The notes under the pieces are model-generated. The model saw only the letters and a program-made list of their open reading frames with translations, was not told the origin of the DNA and searched no databases. A DNA stretch of 64,000 bases from Amphiscolops sp. MND2022 (Eukaryota): contig OZ076409.1 of the NCBI GenBank assembly GCA_964187785.1, positions 99,016,001 to 99,080,000 on the forward strand. The letters run 5' to 3'. Positions 35,514-50,100 of this stretch are shown here, in pieces (position 1 is the stretch's first letter; the number at the start of each line of letters is the position of its first letter). Position numbers and translations under genes: made by a program.

Positions 35514-35976
35514 TTTAGTCGGCGCCTTTTCCCTTAAGGAAAAAAGCCCGACTATTACAGTGAGTAGTTTATTTTTCAGTTGACAATCTCACTCTGAGTG
35601 GTCCACTTTTTACAATTTGTTCAACTTCGACCAATTCTCTGAACCCGGAGAGCGTGGGTTCGATTCTCGCACTAAACCATAAATTTTTTTATGCTTCCAA
35701 AAGTACAAGTGAGACCAAAGGGACCCCCTTCGGGTTTTTTTCGGCACTATGCGACTTTTTTTGAAAATTTTCGAACTTTATCAAAGGGTACCCCCTTGCA
35801 TTTTTTTGAAGTTCTAGGTTTGTAAAAAAAACGTTTAATGAGCCTAAATTGTGCGACTTTTTTAACCAAATACTTTTTTTGAAAAAATATTTTTTTCCAA
35901 ATGTTTCAAATAGTTGTTCCTTGAATATTTTTGAGCCTTAGATATGGCGCCGACTTGGGACGTTCCCGTCTTGTTT
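35514..35976 (+). mobile_element. HINE/DINE-like family copy with a tRNA-like B-box (GGTTCGATTC) near 35657
   Basis: TTTTAGTCGGCGC 5' palindromic end and GCGCCGACTTGGGACGTTCCCGTCTTGTTT 3' end. Confidence 0.7.
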
Positions 35977-37090
35977 AACGTTATTATTCCTTTTCACAAT
36001 ATTTATGACGATTTTCGATTTTTTTGTGTATGTCCGTAACATCATTACGCAAAGTTCAGCATTCTCGGATTACAGGCCAATTTGACCAGTAAATTAAAAA
36101 CGCAAGCTCAAGTAATCAGGTTGAAGAAAAACGACAAAAGCAACATTGCTATGTGCATCTCAAACACACAGACGTCTAGAATGCAGTAAAAATAAAATTT
36201 GAGCAATTTCAAATCAAAATCTCAAAACGTCTCGCTTGCGTTCTCTAAGCAACATCCAGTAGTACACTTTAATTTATTCAAATCGAGAGATACCATCTAC
36301 TTACCAAGCAGGCTTCGACTATCTCTTAGGTAAGTCAGAGATTCTACCAAAAAGCAAGCATAATTTGAACTTATCACTTACCACTAGCCCCAAATTTTTC
36401 AAGTGCAAAAAAATTCGAGACAAAGTTTCACCAGGCCAAAGAGTTCAGTTCAGACCAGGGTTTTGACATCGCTATTTTTTCCGCTAATCGCTAATTTAAA
36501 AATCTTTGGGACTTAATGAAATAAAATTTCACAATGGGACTTTTACTTGTTTAATAGAATTTACTTTTACTTTGATAGGATGAATACAGGATTTGAAGTT
36601 AGAAGTCAAAACATGAAAGTCATCTAGAAAAAAAAGATACAACCTGAATACAAGCCGCGGCTTCTATTCGAACATATTCATACGATACAATAGCATCCAC
36701 GTGATAGTATGCATCAGGATTTTGACAAAATCGCTTATTGCTGAATCGCTAAATTCAAAAACGCTATTTTGCTGAAAATTTTTTCTTCAAACTGTTAAAT
36801 GTTTGACGTCACGTATCTTCAAAATTGTATAATAACCTAATTTAATCATGAAAGAAAAACAGACTGGAATTTTTTATACTGTGTAGGTTTTACAAGGAAA
36901 ATAATTGGATTTTTTGAGATTCTGAGTATACTTGAAGAAGTGTCTTTTAGATTTTTGATACCCTAGTGTTTTTATTGTTGGAAAAAAATTGAATACCAAG
37001 GTTAATCAGTATGCCAGAAAAACGTCTACAATTGATCGGAACTTTTTCCTTATTCTTATATTCTGAATGAGAACAACATTTGCGCGTATA

Positions 37091-37508
37091 CAGGCGTGTT
37101 CAATAAATAATTATGGGCACGAATAATGAATAAATTTTTACATTCAAATGAATAAAAATAAATACCTTAACAGGTTTTGGACCTGTTAAATGAGATTATT
37201 TATTCCTGATATCTAAAACTGAAAGCGCTTAATTTAACGTATAAATAATAATAATAAAATTTAATTAGTTTAATATCAAAAACTCAGCCCGAGTCGCAAA
37301 TTTTCTGATGGCTAACAAAAAATATTGGTCTGTTTGTGATGTTCACAGCATCGTTTAACTTTTTGTCGATATCCGTTTTTCGCTGAGAATAAAAATAACT
37401 ATTTTAGCAAAAAAAAATAAAATACTTATTTTTCCACCCTGAAAATAGAATAATTCATTTTAGGCAATAATAATAATAATCGAATAAAAAATGGAATACA
37501 CACCTCTG
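37091..37508. mobile_element. hAT-like MITE
   Basis: CAG..GTGT / ACACCTCTG ends; 8-bp TSD CGCGTATA / CGCGTATG. Confidence 0.65.
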
Positions 37509-38175
37509 CGCGTATGAATACAAAACAGGAGGAATCCGACAAATACACAGTAACCGTGACCGACTATTTCGGAGCAGTGGTGGTTCATTTTTAAAATACT
37601 GACTTACCATTTGGCGAAACGGAGAAAGATAATGAGATTAAATAAAGCCGCCCGCCGCAGATGAAGGCTTGCTTAACTGTTTTGTTCAGCGCGCGGAATT
37701 GCCTAATCAGTGTTATTACAACCATGGTACAATAACGGATAGAAAGGGCCATACCAGTCAAGTATACTATATATTATGCTCCAGATGTATACGGTATCTA
37801 AAGCAACACTTTACGCTGTTTCATCAATTATTTTCCATAACCTCTGACGTGTATTATGCTGTACAAAAATTATATTTAATTACATTTTGCTCATTCAAAT
37901 AATCTCATCATTCAAGGTAAGTTTCTGGCTAAACGAAATATATTTGAGGATGAATACTACTTTTGGATTAAAAAAGTTTTCGGACAAAAAACGGTCAGTC
38001 TCGCTCGGCGACTTGAGTTCGGATTTGATTTTCCGGACTGAAACATCGATCTTTCTGTGCCTATGTTTCCCCACAAAAAATTTTATTGGCTTTGGTAAAA
38101 GTCAGTCGAAGCAATGAAGCCCCTTCATATGAACGTTACAATGATTTGACTTCTGCGATATCAAGCGAATTCGAG

Positions 38176-38602
38176 CAAGCCGGGAACGGCCAAAGTCTTT
38201 GGAAAGTGGCCAAAAGGGCAAAGGGCTTTTAGAAACTTCAGTTTGTTCCAAAGTATGAAAAGGGGATCCCTTTGGAGACATTAAAAAATTGGAAGTGGAG
38301 GGAATGTAAAAAATTGAAGGGGGAGCCTTTGTTGTAACAAAAAAATTCGAAAAAATGTCTCATAGTGCCGAAAAAAATTGGAAATGTCGAACTTTGGACC
38401 CTTATTATGTTTTCCAGGACGTCCGTTTGTTTCTTTTTTTTTGTTTTGCACAAGGTTCTGAGATTTCGAGTGTTTTGAACCTCCCCCAAGTTGTTGAACA
38501 AATGAACTGAACAAAAAAGTGGACCTTTCGTGTCTAAAAAAACTACCCACTGTAAGAGTCGGGCACATTTTCTCATTTTCTACTAAAATGCGCCGACTAA
38601 AA
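38176..38602 (-). mobile_element. HINE/DINE-like family copy
   Basis: GCCG-GGAA-CGGC hairpin at one end and GCGCCGACTAAAA at the other. Confidence 0.6.
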
Positions 38603-41170
38603 ACAGCAAAAAAGCACCGACTGAAAACTTCTGTATAATTTGTTTCGCAAGAAATGGGAACTTCAGTGCCGCGATTTGATCGAAGGGCTTTCGTTATGTG
38701 GGACAACAACAATCTGGTGTTGAAATGATCAATTTTTGTGACAACCGCGACAATGTTTGACGAGTCGAAAACGTTGATCGTCTCAATAACTTTATCCATA
38801 AGCCATGTTGATTGAGGCGTGATCTGGGAGGACCGACCTCTGAAGTATGAACAAAATGAGAGGAAACAAAACAAGCAGGAAATGGCCCAGTCAAGCTTCA
38901 CAAAAAGCAAGTTTTTAAATACGCAGAGACACTTACTGTGAGAATGTTATTAGATTTACAGTGGTGGAAAATACCCAAAGGGACACCCAGGAGATTAAAA
39001 AACACTTCTTCCAAAAACATCTGTTAAAACAACTGCAAACATCAAAAATCTGAATTTTTCATTTTTTGAAATTTTTTCTTCGGAAAAGTCTCATAGTGCC
39101 GAAAAAGAGCTTTAAGCTCGCCAAACGCTTTTTTTCAGGCCGAAAACATTTTTAAAAATAGGCCCCACGGGGCACACAATTATTTATGCTTTAATCTTTC
39201 ATTAATAAAAGAATCATATCTGGAATACCAATACACTCCTGTTTAATCATTAGTTAGCGCACAATTAATCACTGTACCAGTTTATACCGCCTTCATTGCA
39301 ATACCTCGGTGTACGAAAGCATAATTAGGAACATTCGCTCGCTTCATCTCAATGACGTCAGTGTTCCGCACGAGAAACGAATTGTTGTCGGTAGCTTGAG
39401 AAATTTAAATCTCACGCTTATACTCACTGCCGAGCGAAATATCTGAATTATTCAGTATCACGACAAAAACTTTACTGAAAAAAAAGACATCTTGAGATTT
39501 CAACAACATTCTTATCGCATAAATAATAACAATGAAAGGGGTACCATATGACCAACTAACAAAGTTCCCGAGAATGGCGCACAGTGCCGAAAAAACCGTA
39601 GGTCTTTTCCACAATCATTGAGAAAACTCCCATCAGTTATACTGGACCAAAAATGATCGAAGTTACTTAGGACTCAGAAAAACGTTTTCCTCAAAATTTA
39701 TTTTTTCAATTCTTCGGTGAATTGCAGTGTACCCAAAACAACTACAATGGCCCTATATGCTCGCAAAACGCTTTGTGTATCCGCTGCAAATCAAAGAGGG
39801 GTACGTCGATTGAAAAACTTCGAAAAAGTTGCTTAGTGTAGAAATACCCCTTCGTCGCCCTCAACTCTTGCAAGCATAAAAGACTCGAACCCACGTACTC
39901 CTGCGTCACGGACTTCAGAAAATCCGAGTTAACTTCTATGCCAAGTGGCAGTTAGAAAATACAAGTTACTCTGAGCTTACAAAAATTTATACATCTGTCA
40001 GTTTGTCTGTCTTACAAAAGTCATTACTGCAGTCTGGTCTTTTTGCGAAAGCGCCGACTAAAATCGAAGAAGTATTTTTCTAGGACTGAAGTTGACATTT
40101 TTAGCAGACAATTGCGGCGCATCTTTCGAAAACACAAAAGATGGATTTTTGTGTCAGAAAGGGACTTAACAGAGCAAAAGTAGCTTTATGGAAATTTTAA
40201 AATGATTAAAATCATTCTCACTATAGAAGTCAACCACATTACTGAATATTGACTGAATATTGCTGAAACACGCACTACTGAAACGTAGATGCAAATTCTG
40301 GAACATCCTCACCGGGAGATATCCTGACATCAAATTATAAATACAACATAGCAAATGCAACAGTGAAATTTTAAGTCTTTTACGGGTTTTTACTTTTCTT
40401 GTCGACAGACACGGAAGTTTACGAACTAAGCTTCTTACCTGATCCCTTTGCTATATAGTTTTTTCTTGAATAATGTTAAATTTTTTGTCTCACATGTGTC
40501 CTGTTTTTATGTTGATAACATTGAATAGAAATTAACATGTTTTCCCCCTTTTTGTGTGGAATTTTTTAGGGCAATTGAACTGAACCGAAAGAGCATGTAT
40601 TAGAGAAAATCATAACAGGGCTAGTCCATTGAAAAGAACTTTACCCCCAAAACTATATTGGCAATCTTCTTGTTAGAGTTCGATTCTTCAAAATTTTCTA
40701 CTTTTTGAAAGACATTCAAAATGGTTTTAAACAGTTTCGACACCGCTGAATAGCGATTTAAGGAATAAGCGGCTGCGCATAAACTTTTCAGCGATTTCAT
40801 TAGCGATTCAAAATAGCGGCAACTCATAGAATGTCCGAAATCAATACTGCTAAAAATGTACCCGAGGTTTCGAAATAAATTTCGAAGAATTCCCACTCTC
40901 ACCTTGGTAAAAAACCCACTCAATATGAAAAATTCCAGACTTTTTTCCTCAAAAAAACTGAAGCAAGTTATCAATCGATTTTAAAATATACTTGGAGTCA
41001 AGCATTCAATAGTTTGAAGAAAACTTTCAGCGAAATAGCGAATTCTTCGAAAGTAGCGGTTTAGCGAAAAAATAGCAATGTCAGAACCATGATAACTGAG
41101 TAACATTTGTTTCAGATTGGAGCAGACTTTAACATTGCGCAATAGATTAGTGACGTCATAGATAGATACT

Positions 41171-44100
41171 ATGGGGAAGAAAGGAGGAGCAGACAACAAC
41201 AGTGGCGGTGGGGGAGGGGGAGGAGGAGAGTCAGGAGGAGGGGGAGGAGCCAAGGGGCAGTGTGACGAGTGCGGGGTGGAGAGAAACGACTTCAACCATT
41301 GTGTCCACTGCGCCCAGAAAGTGTGCGACTCCTGCAGGTAACCAAAAACCAAAACCCCTCATTTATTGATTGCTAATTTATCACAAGAGTTTTCTAGTGA
41401 TCAAAAATCACTGAATCGGAGGACCTTTTTTAAACACAGAGGCGAAGCGGTGCTTCGCAACACATGAAGACATCGATTATTTTAATATGCGTATATATAT
41501 TATTTTAATCGCATGCGTATATATTCAACAGTTCACCTTTGTTCAATAACGTCCCTATGGCACAGTGGTCAACACTTATGCCGTGCAATCGGGAGGCTGC
41601 AGGTTCGAATCTCTCTGGGGTTTTGGCTTTTATCTAAAAGGCGCTCATTATGAAGTTGACTATTGTGGAAAAAAAATTTAGTTAGCTGGACTGCAATGCA
41701 CATTGACTTCGTCATGTGCAATATGCATAGGGACACTATTGTGGTGGACATTTTATAAAATGTACAGTGCCCAAAAATACCCGAAGGAATGCCCGTAAAA
41801 CTCCAAAACCGCTTTTCCCAACTGGAAACATCAGAAAACTCAATTTTTTTGAAGAAAATTTTTCGAACGTATTTTTCGGAAAAGTCTCATAGTGCCCCGA
41901 AAAAAAATTAAACTCGCAAAACGCTTTTTTTTCAAGCCGAAACGATGGCTTTCGTAATGTCACTTTTTGCTGCCAAGATTCTCGTGTTTTTTAATCAAAA
42001 AGTGCGGATTATAAAACCAAACATTGGAAGAAAGTAAAAATTCTAATTTTTCTTGTAAAATCTGAATTATTTTTTTTCTTTTTAAAACATCCCTGAAGTC
42101 AAAGTTTGAAGAAAGTTTTTCTGCAAAATAGCAATTTTGAAAATAGCGGTTTTGAAAAAATAGGCCCCTCCGGGGCTCAGTACTATTTCTGCTTTAATCT
42201 TTATTTTTTTAAAACAAAAAATCATTAATAAAAGAATCATATCTGGAATACCAATACACTCCTGTTTAATCATTACTTAGAGCACAATTAATCACTGTAC
42301 AAGTTTACACCGCCTTTAATTCTTCTCGGACTAAAGAAAATATAACTAAGCGTAGACGAAGTTTCGCATTCGCATTTGAATGCAGGCGAAGCTCTCAACG
42401 AACGAATAATTAACACTCATTCGCTTCATCTCAATGACGTCAGCATACGAATGGATAATTACCACTCGCTCGTTCTATCGCACTAGAATTGAATTGTTGT
42501 CGGCAGCTTTCCCACGCTTACACTCACTGCCGAACAAAATATCTGAATTATTCAGTAGGACGAAATTTGACGACTGAAAAAAAAGGACCAACTTTGAGGT
42601 TACAATAACATTCCTGCTAAAGCAGAAATATTAATAAGCGGTTTAGCGAAAAATAAGCGGTCAAAATGGTGGTTGTGTTGGTAGAATGAAGCACGTGGAG
42701 GCCCTGCTGGAAGACTTCATGGGAAGTCGGGAGGAGGCAGCCACCATCCAGAGGAAGATCTACAGCAAGTGTCTGCACGACATCTCCAGGGCACTCAACG
42801 ATCTCAAGGTCAGATGACGTCATAATCTACCCAAAAACTACTTCCTAGCATTGCCGCAAATAATCCCTAGTTGAAACTGCAGGAACTTTTTACATGCTGC
42901 AGGTCTGCATGCAGGGTAATTTTTGATAAAACCTAGACAATTCAGTGAACTTCGGGTGGTAAATCATGCACGATTACATTACATTTTCCGCTACTGCAAT
43001 TAAATTTGAAAATAAATTCCACTACATTACCGACACGATCACTTTGTATTCACACTTTGTTTTCTCAGCTACTCACATGATGTGATCACCGCTTCTCAAA
43101 TAGCACGCTAAACATGACGCTAATTTGCAGTTTCTTACGCGACTGGAGTTATTTTGCATCAAATCAGCAGTAAAACTGATATCAATTTATTTGCTTTCAA
43201 AATAATAGCTGCTGCTTAATGAAACCTGGAAAGCTTCAAGGCTAGAAATTGCCGTCAAAACTTTGATGAAATTTTCAAGCAGCTTAATAAAAGTTAAATA
43301 CAACAGCGAAACATTTTCATATGAACGTTTCCGTAAGAGTTTCAGAATATAATAAAAGTTGCTGGCAACATTAAAGTACATGCAAAAAGTTCAAGCAGTT
43401 TCAACAAGGGATGCCATTTAATTAATTATTGACATCTGAATAAGTGCTCTCTTATTACACACTTATAGAGTATGAGAAAGGCATAGGTGTAGCAAAAGTT
43501 GTCCGTAATCAGTTTAATGTAAGAAATAACGTCTTTTTTGTGTTTCCCATGATCCTCCATAAAAGAAAACTAGACCTCTGGCGTTCAAATTTATGGAATG
43601 CAGAATTTAACAAGCCGGGATCGGCCCAAGTCGGCGCCAAATCTAAGGCTCAAAAATACCAAAAGGACTTCAAAATGTCAAAGTATTGGTGAATTGGGGA
43701 CCCTTTTATGGAAATTTTTTTTTCGAAAAAAAGTCTCACAATGCCGAAAAAAACTGAAAGGGGGGACCATTTGGGATTTTTCAGAATCCATTCTGTCCAA
43801 AAATATCAAAAAAATGAAGGTGGGACCCTTCGGTGAAATTTTTTTCTTCGAACAAAAGTCTCACAGAGCCGAAAATACTCTAATTTGTGGGAGAAATTTC
43901 CCGAAATTGAGGAATGTCTTATGAACATTTCTTTGTTTTTACCTGAAATAATCACTCATCAAATTTGTTCGCAGAAATCTGAGAACTCAAGCCAAATTAC
44001 CATCCACGCCACCTTCAAAGAAATTGAGAGGCGACTAATAGACAGGTAATATTTCACATTACATCATTTCGAACTCAGCCCACAATTGCTCACAAGCAAA

Positions 44101-47100
44101 GCAAATGCATCATCGATCGAAAAACGGGTTTTATAAACTGAAAAAAAATAAAAAACCGAAGCAGCGAACCTATAGTGAACCGCAAAAAGTTGCACGGAGC
44201 CGAAGAAAAAGGCCTTTTTCACAATTATTGAGAAAACTCTCATCAGTCCTGAAAGGCCATCTTTGACCAAAGGGGTCATCCCTGACGACAGATGTCACTA
44301 TCAGGACTCGGAAAACAGTTTTCCTCAAGAAAAAACCTCAAAATCAGAAATTGTGTGAAAACGAAAAGCAAAATTACCACAGAAAAGTTATATTCACGCA
44401 TTTTTCCAATTCATAAAAATTGCATAGAGCGGTAAGAATGGAGCGTCAACTGAAATCACATATTGAATGTGTTTTTCGCAGTCAAAAGCATCACTTCACT
44501 TTCATTTGTTTCTAATGTCTCTCTCAGGGCGTGTATTGTGTGTTCGAAGCTGAACATGCTGCTCCGGAAACAATTGCCCGTTACCGCCCAGGGCTTCAGA
44601 ATTGTTGCTTTCACGCTTGAAAACAAGTCGGGACAATTTTGTCGACGCCTTTCGATCGAAATCCGGGATCCTTGTCTAATGGTACTAGCGTACCAGAGGT
44701 GTGACAGCGGGAGCAATAGCGGTCGCGTTAGCGACAATTCAGCATTAATTAGCGATAGCGATAGTTAGTGACAAATTAGGGCGTTAGCGAACATTTTCAT
44801 TCGCTAAACAGACAGAAAGCAATGCCGTTAAGAAAAGAACGATTGAAAATATGATTATGCTGAAAAATATTGGCCCATTGGTGCCCAATCAACATTGACA
44901 ATTTGATCCAGAAAGTTTTGGCTGCCTTACCCAGTTCAGCTTCGGTCGAACGGTGATTCAGTGTAGCCGGCAATGTGCAGCACCCAAGGCGAACTAGACT
45001 TTGCTCAAAAATTTTTTTCAAAACTTTCCGAAATTGAAATGAACATCTTGGAAATCAGTTTTTTAATTAGCGATAGCGTTAGCGATTAGCTAACCAATTT
45101 TGTTGTAGCGATAGCGATGAAATCGAGCCATTAGCGATAAAATGGTTAGCGATCACACCTCAGTAGCGTAAACGCGTTGTATAGCCTACTTCAGTTGCCA
45201 GTACTTTTTTGATTACTGACGCTAGACTCCGGCCGAGCTCTGTCTAAAGTTTGTTATATTAAAAACTCACGGTCTGCCGAAATAATCAAGCGAGTGACCT
45301 AAATGAAACAATTGAAAAACGAGAACAAGATGCTAGCGGAGAAATTGTTTTGGAAAAGTCCCACAGGACAGTTAAAAGCCGTATATCGTTTTCATAGACA
45401 TAAGGATAATTGAGAACAAAAGTCCCACAGTACCGAAAAATAACCGGAGAGGTCACTTTAGGACTCAAAAAACGTTTTTCCTCAACGAAGAACCAAAAAA
45501 GTCAAAGAAACAAAATTGTGTTTGGAAACAAACTTTTGCGATGAAAAATTCCTACGGTAAATGTGTGGTATCTAAAGAAAACCCAAGGGCTGCTCACAAG
45601 CCGCTGCCAGTTTCTCAAACATAAGTTGTACGGTGCCAAAAACAAGCCGAAGATGGGACTTTGGTCTTCACTGTAGGTTGCAAACATAAAAAAAACTGGT
45701 CCAGCGTGGGACTCGAACTACCGCTAACCCCAAGCGAAGTATATAGAACTTTCTAGCTTTCCTCCACTATCTAGTAGCCATTGGTAGAAAGTGGTGGAGG
45801 AAACTGTTTTTTTTTTCAAAATCCTGTGAAAAAATTAAGACTTTTCTCAAGAAAATGAAAAATAACAAACACTTTTGTTGGATCGTTGTTAGATCGATCC
45901 AACAGTGGATGAATTTCCTGCAATTTTTCATTTTCTAGAGAAAAATCCTAGTTTTAACACGGGACCTTTTTAAAACCCTCTTTCATTACATGATGTTTTG
46001 AAACAGAACTCATAAAAAACATGACGCCCGCTGAGCACCGGGATATTTTCCTCCCTTTGCGCCTTCATCACTTGAGCCATAGCGATTTTGGGAGGGGAAT
46101 AGGATCTAAATAATAAGTTCTAAAATTTAGTGATTTTAGATCTTGTTCCCTTTAGATCTTAATCCCATTTTTACTTTAGATATTATTCCCATCTCAGTAT
46201 GAAGGATGAAGGCTGAGCAGGGAGACTGAGTAAGTGGAGTGGAGTTGTACAAAGTGGAGTTTTGGCAGAATTTGGAAAAAAAACGCAACACAGATGATGA
46301 TTTTCCTCCCCCATTGAAAATGTGGGTCGGAAAATAATAATCATCGAATAATATAGATGGGGTTGTTTTCAGGAAAGCGCAGTTACTGAAAGAGCTGCAT
46401 GTGAAGACGGAGGAGCAAATCAACCCTCTACTAGCTGACAAACTGGCCGTGGAGAAGGAGCTGTACTTCGCTAGTGACAAGTTCAAGGACGCCTGCAAGA
46501 TATCCATCACCCCCGTGCGAGGATCCACCGCCTCGTCGTACAACAAAATGCCAGGTACACCCCATAAAAATATTCCCCACAGCCCGCCCCTTCTTCACGT
46601 GTCGCGAAGCACCGCCACTTGAATTCATCAGCGCCCAATTGGCACAACTTACAAACTCTCGTTTATAACCAAGCGTTAAATCGGGGGCAGGCAAAGACCC
46701 ATCCAATTATTGGGTTCAGATGTCCGCCCGCGACTGAACACCGGGAGCGTATTTCTCCGGAACACTGTTTGTTTCTAGACCATCTAGACCATTCGTAGAA
46801 TGGAAATTTTCACACGTTGTAAAGCGGTATAATCCATTGGATCAAATCGAAATACTACACCAATATCAACCTTGTATGTGGGAGACAATTGCCTAGCATC
46901 CTGTCTAGAAAGGGTCGTTTTCCAAAAAAAGTCGTTTGGTTTGGGTTTTACCAAGGAACGTCCCCTTCCTCGAGGGGTTTGAGATGAACTTATTCTGGGA
47001 AAGGGGTTTCCTATTATGGCTACGTAAGCTACATCAAAAATCATGACAAGACTTGCGAGAAAACCTCAGAGCCAAACACCGATGTCGTAAATTACATCAG

Positions 47101-50100
47101 GACTAAGATTAGCTTCGCACTTCTGAGGAGTTCGATTTTGTGTATTAGAGGATGTAGATCTCTGAAATGCTAGTCCACTTAGACCGAAACCTCTATAAAG
47201 GCAATTGTCGAAGAGAGGAGGCTCTCAGGCTCTCAAAAATTTGACAAGCACCATAGTTGCGATACCTAATTTCCGGGCGAAAATTTACTTGTCTTCAATC
47301 ACTGTACTAGTTTCCACCGCCTTTAATTCTTCTCTGACTAACGAAACGATATTATAACTACTGAGGGTAGACGAAGTTTCGCATTCGCATTTGAATGCAG
47401 GCGAAGCTCTCCGTGAACGAATAATTAAAACTCGTTCCCTTCATCTCAATAATTGGGCGTACGAAAGCATAATTACGAACATTCGATCGCTTCATCTCAC
47501 TGAATTCGGCGTACGAATGCATAATTACCACTCGTTCGTTTCATCGCATGAGAAACGAATTGTCGTCGGCTGCTTGAGAAATTTGAATCTCAAACTTATA
47601 CTAACTGCCGATCACAAAATCTGAATTTTTCAGTAGGTACTCGGAATCGCTAACAAAATTGACAGAAAAAGTGGCATGGTTGAGATTTCTATATTATTCT
47701 TGCTATCACAGAGCATTTACTTGACGGTTCGGTGTTTTAATTTATAAATTGGTCCTCCAATTGCCAAAGTGTCCAAATTTATCTTTACGGGACCGTCACT
47801 GACACTGCAAGGAGACTCTGAAGCATGCAGCGTTTCGACACCATTCACGTCTTTCTGCTGACAAGCCCCATTTAACACTGGCTACATAATTGAACAAATC
47901 GCCCTTTTTGCTTTCGATGCGCATGATCCATTTCATTTTACTTTAAGTTTAAGAGAAAAATTTTCAAAAATTGTATGGCTACTCTGATCCACAATGTGAT
48001 CTTTTCAAGGAGGTTTACCGTCCCTGGCAGATGCCTTTGAAACTATCTGTTTTCAGATAAACTGAAGCTTTCAAACTTTTGGAACCTCAGAAAATGTGAA
48101 AAATTTTGTACGAATTATTTGTATTGATTACATGTGGTTGTTCGCTTGATTGTTGCTATTTTAAAGCAAGCAGAAGCAAAGAGACACTATTTTGGAAACT
48201 TTCATCAAACGTACAGTGAGGATAAAACTAGAAAAGGGCTCCTAACTCGAAATAACAAAGCTAATTTTTGAAAAAAAAAAACCAGCCGGGAACGGCCAAA
48301 GTCTGCGCCATATCTAAGGCTCAAAAATAGCAAAAGGACTTCAAAGTGTCAAAGTATTCTCTGCTATAGTACCCGAAAAACCCAACAGTTGGACCGAATT
48401 GAGAAGTTTCATCTGTTCTGTCGCAAAACTCAAAAACAATTGAAGACCCTTCGGGGAATTGTTTTTCGAAAAAAGTCTCAGAATGCCGAAAAACTGAAAG
48501 GGAAGCCCTATAGTCTCGCCCGGTATTGTACGTTACGAGGAAAAACCTTTTTGGTTTAGTTCCATAGGCCAACAGGTACAATTAAAATTTTGTAGAACTT
48601 TTGCTAGAACTATTTTGGTCACTTCAGGTGTATCGAAAAAAAAAACACTGACGAAAAGCCATGAATATAGTCGACTCTTTTCTCAAGCGCCGACTAAAAT
48701 TCGATTTTTTTTCTTTCGACCAAATGAAAACTTTCTTTCAAAAAGTGGCACAGTGCCACAGAAACGTCTTTTCCCAAAATTTTGAAAAATTTCTCATCAG
48801 TCTCACAGGACCAATAAACAAGACGGGAACGTCTAAAGTCGGCGCCATATCCAAGGCTCAAAAAGCGCAAAGTTTTTAAAATTGTAGAAGGGGGGACTCT
48901 TTGGGCTTTTTGAAAATCAAAAAATATCAAAAAAAATGAAGGAGCGACCCTTCGGAGACATTGAAAAATTTCGAAAACTTGAAAATTTTCCAAAAAAAAC
49001 GAAAAATGAGAATTATTAACAGTCTCATAGTGCCGAAAAATGTGAAAGGGGGCACTTTAGGCTTTTTCAGCATCCATTCAGGTTCAAAACACCAAAAATA
49101 TAGAAGGGGGACCCTTTGAAGACTTTAAAAAATTTCGAAAAAAGGTCTCACAAAGCCGAAAAAGGGGCGGGGAAAGTCTCATAGCGCCGAAAAATTGGAA
49201 GATGGGACCCTTCTGGGTTTTGCATTTCAAGGTAGAGGACTTTGGATGCGTTCAAAATCAAGTACTGAGTACTTTTGGTAAAAGTGAATCTTTCACAAAA
49301 AGTGGTACATACGCGATGAGTGAAGAGTCTGACGAAAAAAAGGGAAAAAACTAGCCACTGTAATAGTCGGGCTCTTTTCACTAGAAAAGCGCCGACTAAA
49401 AAGGAAGATGGCCTCTTAAAGACTCGGAAAACAGTTTTTCTCAACCGTAAACCTTAAAAAACCAATGCCACTGTAATAGTCGAGCTATTTTCACTAGGAA
49501 AGCGCCGATTAAAAAGGAAGATGTCCTCTTAAAGAATCGGAAAACGGTTTTTCTCAACCGAAAACAATACCTGATTAATTGTATTGATTAATACAAAACT
49601 GATTAAATTGTCAAAATTTACTATTTCTGTAAATTTTGTCTCAGAATTTCAAAAAACAATTCTAGCTGACAAATTTTCGTATTAGTGACAGTTTTTGAAA
49701 TATTTGGATCTGAAATTTGCACACTTGTACTCTGAAATGAAGATTAATCACTTCTCTTACGAGATGTGAATACTAGAGAAAGCCAAACGGCTTCTAATGC
49801 GACGCACAGAACCTGCTAGATCTAAATCTGCTCAATAATCTACGGTATTTCTTCGAATAGAAGCCGCCCCCGAATAAAAGCCGCTCCCGATTAGAAGCCT
49901 AAAATTTTATCTTATAAGCCGCTCTTAGCCTGAAAATTTTATCTTATAAGCCGCGGCTTGTAATTGAGTTATTCGAAAGTTTGAAACCGTCATGGAAAAC
50001 TTTAAAGGCATTTCTAATGTTACGTACTCATCAAACAAAGACAATATAACAGAAGTATCATCACTAGTTTCAAAAGTCTCAACAACTTGCATGGTATCTG

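Noticed and set aside
40981..41352. Minus-strand poly-Pro ORF
   Set aside because: Antisense shadow of the poly-Gly first exon of the B-box gene.
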